This document shows, piece after piece, positions 56,001 through 64,000 of a stretch of DNA of 64,000 nt. Made by a program: the position numbers and the translations under genes. Location of the stretch: assembly GCA_051362555.1 (NCBI GenBank), contig CM120640.1:63714788-63778787 (forward strand), given 5' to 3'. The DNA comes from Lingula anatina. Taxonomy: Eukaryota; Animalia; Brachiopoda. Within the stretch, counting starts at the first letter, position 1. Each line of letters opens with the position of its first letter. The notes below the pieces were generated by a model. The model was not told the origin of the DNA, ran no database searches, and saw nothing but the letters and a program-made list of their open reading frames with translations.

Positions 56001-59000
56001 CACCTTGAAAACGGGTTGCGTGGTCCGATATACCGATTAATTCAGGATCCTTAGGTGCTGAGTCTGGTAGTTGGGTAGGCCTGTTAGTTGTTGACCTAAG
56101 TCTACAGTGTACATTAAAAATAGTTTTGGTGGACAATATTCAGCAAACTGATTCAAACGGAATTTCTTTTATACTTGGTGCTCATTGTGAATGCTCTTGC
56201 CAATTTAAGGACACAATGGTACTGACTTGACTGAAAATTTTCACAATGCTATCAAGAAACAGTGATTAAGAAGCTGAGTTGGTGGATAGAATGTCAAAAA
56301 GAGACCTAGATGGCTATATTAAGATCCTTTACAGAGTATGGTTAAGAAAACATAACTGTAAACCTAAAACTGGTATCAATGATGAAATAACTTTACTGGC
56401 TTATCCTAATTCATTTAAGTGCCCTCTAAAAAAAACTGAAACAATCACATTCACAACAGTCTCACCTTGGTGGTCATAGATGTATATTAACACTGGATTG
56501 TTTTCTCCAAATGAGGCAAAGGCCACCATGTTATCATGAGGGTGGAAATCTACACAGGTGACAGGTTTCTTGTAATTCAACTCTGTATACATTGCAACTT
56601 GATCTCCTGAAACAGAAACATATACTAGTTGAAGTTTTTAGTCTGCAGTGAATTTTGTATGCATTGAAAGCTCTGAAAATTCGAATAATTGAACTATTTT
56701 TAATTGCAAAACCATGATATACGTGTATGAATGTAAAAAATGTTCTCAGGCTTCAGCTAAAATCCACCAAGAGTAGCAAATCCCTGCTATAATAGATATG
56801 TGTGACATTTGATACCTGTCTCAGCATTCCACACATATGCCCCATAGTCTTCACTCCCAGATACAACAAATGTGCCACACTGTGAGATAGTGCTGCGTAT
56901 CTGTTCCCGGAAATTTAAAGCACCAATGTAACGCTGCATAACAGCAAATCTGGAGAAAAACAAGTCAGTATTCTTAAGGGCTCAAGCAAAAAAAAAAAAA
57001 AAAAAAATTAGAAAAAATTTTAGCTCAGATCAAGATCTCTTCAACTTTCTATGTATCTTATCAGATTATTCTTGACAGGGCAATTTACATTTAAACTTCA
57101 CAAAAGTATGTTTTATTTCAGTAACATTTAAAAGAATGAAAAATACTAAACTCACATTCTGAGATCTATCATTCTTATTGTGTTATCTCTACAGTGAACC
57201 AGTAATCGTCTACCTCCTGGGTGCATGGTCACATAATTAATGGGTGTACCCTAAAATAGAACCATAATTCAACAATGATTTAGATAAGTAATTGTCTAAA
57301 ATACTACACAAATATTGGGTTAAAGAATTGATTTAAAGGCTAAATTACAAAGATAGGAATTCATTATGGCTTCACTCAAAGTCAAATAAACATTCAATCT
57401 CGATAGTTTCTTGAATTCTTGAAAATGTGGTGGTGGAAAATGTATTAAACTGAACATCTGCTGCCACATTAGTATCAGTGTTTTAGGTAATGGCTGAACA
57501 AACGTCTACTGCCCTTGCACAAAACTTGCCTCATATTCCTCATCATTGATTTCCTTATACAGACTCCAGTCCCTTAGAACTCCTAGAAAAAAATTTCAAC
57601 ACATCAAAACAGACTGAAAACTATTTTTACAATGTTTACATTCAATGAATTTTAATCAAATATCCAAATAACTTCAAAGCGATTCCCATCAATTCTTTGA
57701 TTTTCCTGCTGGACATTCACAACCACTCTATAGAAATCACAACTTTCTTTTTGTTCTGAATTTACAACTAACAAGGCTAAAATATTCTATATACAAACAT
57801 GAGATGGTTATCAAACATAAAAATAGATTTATCTTTGGATACCAAAAGTTCATCCCTATGCAGGAACAAATGGACATATACCTTTTCTTGAGGGCATCTC
57901 AGTGACATATACATTCCACACCCTAAGTGTCCCTATGCTGTCCCCAGAAAACATCTTCTGCCCATCCTCATCAAAGCAAATTGTGTTGATAAACCCCTTC
58001 TGGCCCTCAAGCTCTTGAACTAGCTGCAATTAAAGGGCACGGCATTTAAAAGGCATGAAATCTATACTTATTTCTTATTTTGAATTCTACATGAAAAAGA
58101 TTACTGTGACTAAATCAAAGGACACCTAAGAAATTAATAATATTAATTTGTGGCTAGCAGAACTTTGAAGAAAAGAGGAAAACAAATATGCCAGAAAAGA
58201 GTAAAACTAATAGAAATTCATTTTGGAAATATAGCAAGAGGATACCCAAATGATGATGTGCATTTGAGAGAGATCCACCATGGCCTCTGCCTATGTTTTT
58301 CACTCATCTACACATATGTACACAGCAACTGCACATGTGTACAACAACTACGAATATGTATCATACCTCTGCATGGTGTCCCTGCATGTCAGTGTTCCAT
58401 ATTCTGATAAGTTTGTCATATCCTCCTGTAACCACTACTGTAGGCACCCTGGGGTGGAACTGGGCGGTGTACACAAAGGCTGGGTGTGGAAGCAATTTCT
58501 CCGACAGGCTACCAAACTTCTGAATGTTCCATATCCTGAAATGTTACAAGTAACAGACCAAGTATGAGTATATGCTGTAGTTGCTGTAGTTGTTCAAAGT
58601 ACAAAGTTACTGTAGTTGTTCAAAGTACAAATCTGAGTGATGTACTTCTAACACTAAAACAATTACTTGGAAACACAAAGCTTTATATTTGTATTTGAAT
58701 GGTCACTTAAACATAACGGCATTAAGAAAGAAAAACAGGACAAATCTACATGCAGAGGCTTAATATTTTTATCATCTCAATCAAAATTAATTTTACAAAT
58801 GAAAAAAAAAAAAGATTAACTAAATACCCATAAACTAACCTTGCTGTAGCATCTGAAGAAGCTGATAGTAAGCTCTTGCTATCTTTGGTCCAACACAAAT
58901 CATATATGATGCTGTAGTGACCCAGAAACTGACCCTTTAGCTGTCCAGATGGTATCTGGAAAAGTAAACCAGAGAGGACATCATGACATACAGAAGGAAT

Positions 59001-59041
59001 TGACCACAATAAACCCAATTGCTGCAGTTCTTCAAAGTACA

Positions 59042-59075
<34 letters not shown>

Positions 59076-62000
59076 TTGATAAAATGAATTAATAAAAATC
59101 CTAACAGTTAGACCATTACCATTGCATTCTCACACCAAAAATAGATCGCTTTGCCTTGTCAAACTATATAGACTAACAGATACTAATTGTTTCTTTCTAA
59201 ATGGTGTTAGTTAAAATGTCCACTGACACAGCCTACCTCATACACTAGAATAGGATATGTGGATTTATCATGGCACCCACACGCTAACTTCCTTCCATCA
59301 GGAGAGAACTTTAATACAAAACACCCCTGTCTCCCAGTGGGCAGAGTTAGGTTGAGGTTGTTGGGAACTTTGCAAGCTTGACCAGCAAGCCTGCTCCATG
59401 TGCTTGGAGTCTTCTTATCCTCATCTCTGCACATAGAAGACAATATGAATTGGCTATAATGGCTGTTTTTCAATAGCTCTCTTTTGTAATTGTACATTTT
59501 AATATGTTTGAAAGTTTTCCTGAACTCATGTTCAGTTATCAATATGTATTTGTACAGACATTGGTTGCTCTATGTCTATCTACACAAATTAAGCTGCAGT
59601 AAATTATTTAACTGCTTATTAACATATCAGAAACGTAGTTAACTAAAATATGATGTTATTCCTATACAACTTACCCTTTAGCTAGCCTAGAATTTCTTTC
59701 CAAAGTTTTTCGCATTTCCTGATATGTAGTTTTGCCAATTTCCTAAAAAAAATGGATTGTAATAACTAAGCTTGACTTCTGATATACTTATGTGCAATTC
59801 AATTGAACTATCATTGTAGAATACTATTGTAGATACATTCCTTCAGTTATGAAAATATCTGACAAATGATGAGCAGAGAGTCTTTCCGATATCTATTGTG
59901 ATTATTCAAAGCAAGTACATGTGCCGAGAAACACACTCGACATACCTTTTGTGTAGCAAACATAGACCTGCCTGCAGGCTCTATCTCGTCTGGGTTAGGA
60001 GGCCTGATTCCTTTCACTGTGACATACAAAGTGGACGGATAGTGAACACGTGGTAGTTCTAGCCACCACTGGTATACCTACAATGTGACATATAACAGAT
60101 ATTAACATGTTTAAGTGGAGTGTTCAATTTTGTATAAATAAAAAAAAAAAAAAAACACTGGTGCCTACCAAAAGCTTTGGGTAGGTAGTATACTTGCTAG
60201 CTTGCTGAATTAGTTTCTCGTTGTGTCACTATCATAAATAGAGATCATGGAGAATTCAATTGTAATGTTAAAAATAAAAATTTGAATCTCAATAAGAAGT
60301 TTACAAATTGTACATTTCTCAACAGTTTTGGATGTAATTTAAGACTGGGTTCCCATACCTGATCAATCTAACAGGATCAATCTATCTCCAAGGGGTTTCT
60401 CACTAAATTGCTTTCAGCTTAAGCGGCTTAGATGTTTGGCATGCTCACTGAAGCTGCTAAACGATAATTAATTACCCCCTAGCAGCTTCAGTAGGCATGA
60501 CAGACTTCTAAGCCATTTAAGTTGATTGCAATTTAGCGAGAATCCCTTTGGAGATAGATCGAACCACAGTTTGTACAATAGGGTCCCTTAGTTGTTTATT
60601 ATGCGAAAATTGTTGAAATTTCTGGGAAAATTAATCTTTTTAATATAAACGGTAAGATGCACATTGCATGCCTTAAAACAAAACCAACTTACATCTACCA
60701 CGCCTGGTTTTGCTTTAAACTTGAATGGTGGTTGAAATAACTGTAATCTTAGTTTTTTGTCTGTGTTAAAATGGCCATTAGAACCTAGCACCTGAAACAA
60801 GTATAAACACCATATAAAAATTGCCATGCAAATAATGTCCTGTGATCACATACAAAACTCATATATTGTCACAGCCTAGGATACTTTTATAAATGCTCCA
60901 AGGAACAGTATTCACAGGAACAGTCATCACATAGTTGTATTGACAACATGTTGTTAGTTCTTTAATGCAAGGATCAAAACATTTTTATGGTATCAATTTG
61001 CACCATTTCTTTTTTCTCTCTTCAGTAGAGTGTTATGAATACGGATGAAGTTTCTCTCTTGGCCATGAATTCTATATTAAATTTTATATAAGAGAATGTA
61101 CTTCATACCTTAAGAAAAGCCCATGCAACCCTATGCCAGCCACCCTCCTGCTTAGCTACGTTGTATTTTTGCCTGGCAGCATTCATGCTAATAAAATCTA
61201 AAATCTGGTGAAAAAGGAAATATCTCAATGAATTAATACACAGGTAGCATTTCCCTTAAATGCTAAAAGTTAATTTAACCTAGATTCAAACTAGAATATA
61301 AAATAATCGATAAATGCTGAAGACAGATTACTTTGGAAAAAGAAAATTTGGCAAATTTCAAAATATGGATTTTACCTCAAAAAATATCATGACCTTTGGA
61401 TCCTGCTGTAGAAAGTAATTGTAGTTTTCATTGAAGATCACCAGTTCTTCCCACATGGGAAGAGTAGATCTAAAAAAAAATTATAAATATATTTGAGCAA
61501 CATAAGGACTCGGACAGTTTTCAAAGCCTAAAGCACCATTGTACAAGATTAACTTTATCTATGCAGTGTTCACTTGAACACATATAAAGTTCACAATACC
61601 CTAAGAGAACCTACATCCTATACACAGAACTTTGTTTTTTTTTAATTCAACAAACATTGAAACAGCTTACTTTTGTTTCTTGAAGTCATATGGCTGTGTG
61701 AGCACTGGGAGGATGTAGTCTAAACCGTCTACCTTTCTTTCATAATACCAGGTTACTGCACGATCTCTGAAATATATCAAGCACACTGTATAGTCAAGCT
61801 AATATAAATATCCACTGTACAAAACAGAGTGAATCAGATAGTGTCATTTTATCTAAGCATTTTCCCGATATAAGAGGCAAAGCAGATTGATGCTATGCAT
61901 GCTAGTATGAAAACATCTAAAAGCATTATTTCAAATCCATGTCAACTATTAAATCTGTGACATTGGAAAATTAAGAAATTATCTATTTTCAATACTAGTA

Positions 62001-62950
62001 CTATTTCTTCCTACTAAAATTGCTCCAATAAAACATGAAATGTTAAAACCTATAATACCTGTGTTGTTTCTTTACATGTGATCCCGTAGCTGCATCTACA
62101 ATATGTATCCTAACCAGTGGATGAGCAATAAAAAAGTCTGTCTTTAATTTATCTGTCCTGTGCACAGTTATGCCAAGAACTCTGCCATCATCTTCTATAT
62201 TTCTGGCTGGCACTGGCTCCATGACTGTTGTGTCCTCAGGGAGGACTTCTGCTCCTTCTTCTGTTTGCTCAGCATCTTCAAAAAATCAGAATAACTATTT
62301 TAATTACCTATGATATATGCCATGAATCATTGTTTTTTCACCAACGACAGAGAAAAAGGTTACTGTTGATTGAAACTTCAAGTACTGGGTAAACACTACA
62401 TTTAAACAGCAAAAGCATTTACCTTTCTTTTTCTTTTTAGTCTTCTTGGCCTTTTTCTCTGAAGTTATTGGCTTTACATCTGGAGCTTCTTCTAACATCT
62501 CCGCCTCTGCCTATAGATAATACAAATTATATTACTTTGAAAACCATATTAATGAATGAACTATAATATACTTTCTTCGCCCTAACCATAAGATCACAGT
62601 ACATAGCAACCATATATTTTTAACTTCAATATACAAGCACAATATAAACATTTGAGCACATGACTCCTCTAATATTCTTTAACTTTTTTTATCTTTGTAA
62701 AAATATTTTCAGGAAAAAGGTGAACTAACAGTAAGGAAAAATACAAAAAGAATCAAAATATCAATTTTTTAAAAAAAATTTCTGACTAATAAGTCCATAT
62801 TATTGTACTCGGATATTACTATGAATTCAAATCAAACAAGATGAACCCACCTCTTGTGCATCCTCATCCTCCGATGGCCTGTGAGTCCTCTTCTTTTTCT
62901 TCTTCTTTCCAGCGGAAGGAGGTGGGGCCAATTCTGATATTGTCATGGTT
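50190..62950 (-). CDS. AHI1: Jouberin (AHI1): WD40 repeats plus SH3. The 5' end probably lies beyond the window.
   Basis: More than 20 exons, including 62275-62059 (LGITVHRTDKLKTDFFIAHPLVRIHIVD), 61766-61671 (YILPVLTQPYDFK), 61468-61376 (LPMWEELVIFNEN), 61204-61109 (RVAWAFLK), 60791-60692 (KLRLQLF), 59425-59237 (WSRLAGQACKVPN..GCFVLKFSPDG), 58955-58840 (GHYSIIYDLCW..SASSDATAR), 58535-58365 (LPHPAFVYTAQFHP), 56606-56466, SH3 exon 51075-50913 (VKALYDYQAQRSDELSL..WWMG..GFFPSNYV), last exon 50414-50190. Confidence 0.92.
50791..50847. repeat. (TA)n microsatellite
   Basis: Directly visible. Confidence 0.97.
53612..54365. repeat. Dispersed repeat family B copy with three ~150-bp internal units
   Basis: tttgaaagcaac..ttaccaaacaaagccact..gttatgggg repeats at ~53860, 54015 and 54165, followed by a GACAG-rich tract. 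Homologous to 27085-27630. Confidence 0.75.
55534..56083. mobile_element. Non-autonomous DNA transposon with ~105-bp TIRs and 5-bp TSD (TTAGT)
   Basis: TTAGT|CAGGCCTACCCAACTACCAGACTC.. and ..GAGTCTGGTAGTTGGGTAGGCCTG|TTAGT. Confidence 0.88.
60347..60587. mobile_element. Palindromic MITE family A, copy 3
   Basis: GGGTTCCCATAC..TAGGGTCCC, self-complementary, homologous to 35426-35673. Confidence 0.8.
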
Positions 62951-63095
62951 CTATGACAAGAAATATACTAGTAAAATTCCTGGAGCCATATAAGGTGTAG
63001 TTTTTTTTGATATTGGAATAAAGTGAGTAATGTGACTGATCATGATAATGTGACTGATTGACTTTGATGCTCAAACTTCTTTAACTTGTTATTAA

Positions 63096-63860
63096 ACAAG
63101 GCAGCAAAGCTGTCAAATGTACAGACAAAGAACAGAAAATAAAGATGCAAAATAAGTGAAAAATTAAATTTTCACAAAAAACTGTTAAATTGCCAGAAAA
63201 ATTTACCAAACAGACTGCGTTGCCTATTGAAGCTGTATGTTAGACCCATGTTTCTTTCCTGTAAGTTTGAGAACAGTAAGTAACATGATTTCCCTTAAAT
63301 GGTCATCATAGGAGCAGTGCCCAAAATAGGGGTTTCTTCAAATTTTGATGCAACATTACATAATGTTTAACAGCATAATGACAATCAAATGTTATTAATA
63401 AAATATTAGTAACATGGACATTCAGAAAATGTGACAAGCAAAAGTCTTCAAGATCATGGAACTTTAAAGTCACACCTTGAAAATGCCAATATGTGAAAAA
63501 TTAAATTTTCACAAAAAACTGTTTAACTGCCAAAAAAATAATAAATAAATAAATTAATTAAAATACCAAACAGACTGCATTGCCTACTGAAGCTGTATTT
63601 TAGTCCCATGTTTCTTTCCTGTAAGTTTGAGAACAGTAAGTGACATGATTTTCCTTAAATGGTCATCATGGAAGCAGTGCCCAAAATAGGGGTTTCTTCA
63701 AATTTTGATGCAATATTACATAATGTTTAACAGCTTAATGACCATCAATTTTTAATTATAAAATATTTGTTTCACAGATATTCAGAAAATGTGACTAGCA
63801 AGGTCTTCAGGCCCGTGGAACTTCAAAGTCACGCCTTGAAAATGCCAAAATGTAAACAAG
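63096..63860. repeat. Repeat family B-related element with two ~340-bp tandem units
   Basis: 63155-63495 is repeated at 63495-63850. Homologous to 20245-20510. Confidence 0.8.
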
Positions 63861-64000
63861 ACAGCACTGTTCTGAAATGGGTTTATTTCCATTTTTAACA
63901 CTTTTTTAACATAAAACAAAATAAACATTTTACTGCCATTTTATATGACCAACTAAGAAAATTGATGAGATGGGAAAAGTATCAATAGAACAGTGTTAAA

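Noticed and set aside
55496-56136. Two ORFs sharing RPTQLPDSAPKDPEL
   Set aside because: They are translations of the two TIRs of one element, not paralogous genes.

Overview
AT-rich, intron-rich animal genomic DNA. The gene content and HINE-type repeats suggest a lophotrochozoan, probably a mollusc (inference). Most ORF-track entries are exon fragments or noise. I spliced nine protein-coding genes by hand: a fructosamine/ketosamine-3-kinase (-), a secreted SRCR-SRCR-EGF protein (+), an orphan ~90-aa secreted six-cysteine protein (+), a divergent mitochondrial CLPX (-), POLR3G/RPC7 (+), LYSMD3/4 (-), a C18orf32/UPF0729-like protein (+), RIOK2 (-) and the 3' part of AHI1/jouberin (-). Introns and intergenic DNA hold many non-autonomous DNA transposons: Helentron/HINE-like elements with ~146-bp internal satellites, a Tc1 remnant, and MITEs with TTA, TTAA, 5-, 8- and 9-bp target-site duplications (TSDs). 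The most notable items are (i) two near-identical, oppositely oriented 615-bp terminal-inverted-repeat (TIR) elements that carry a RecQ-helicase fragment and bracket RIOK2 exons 2-5, (ii) the orphan secreted protein with a duplicated C-x6-C-x18-C unit whose halves carry opposite charge, and (iii) the internally duplicated SRCR-EGF gene. No rRNA, tRNA or CRISPR array was seen. Coordinates were read by eye and may be off by a few bases.
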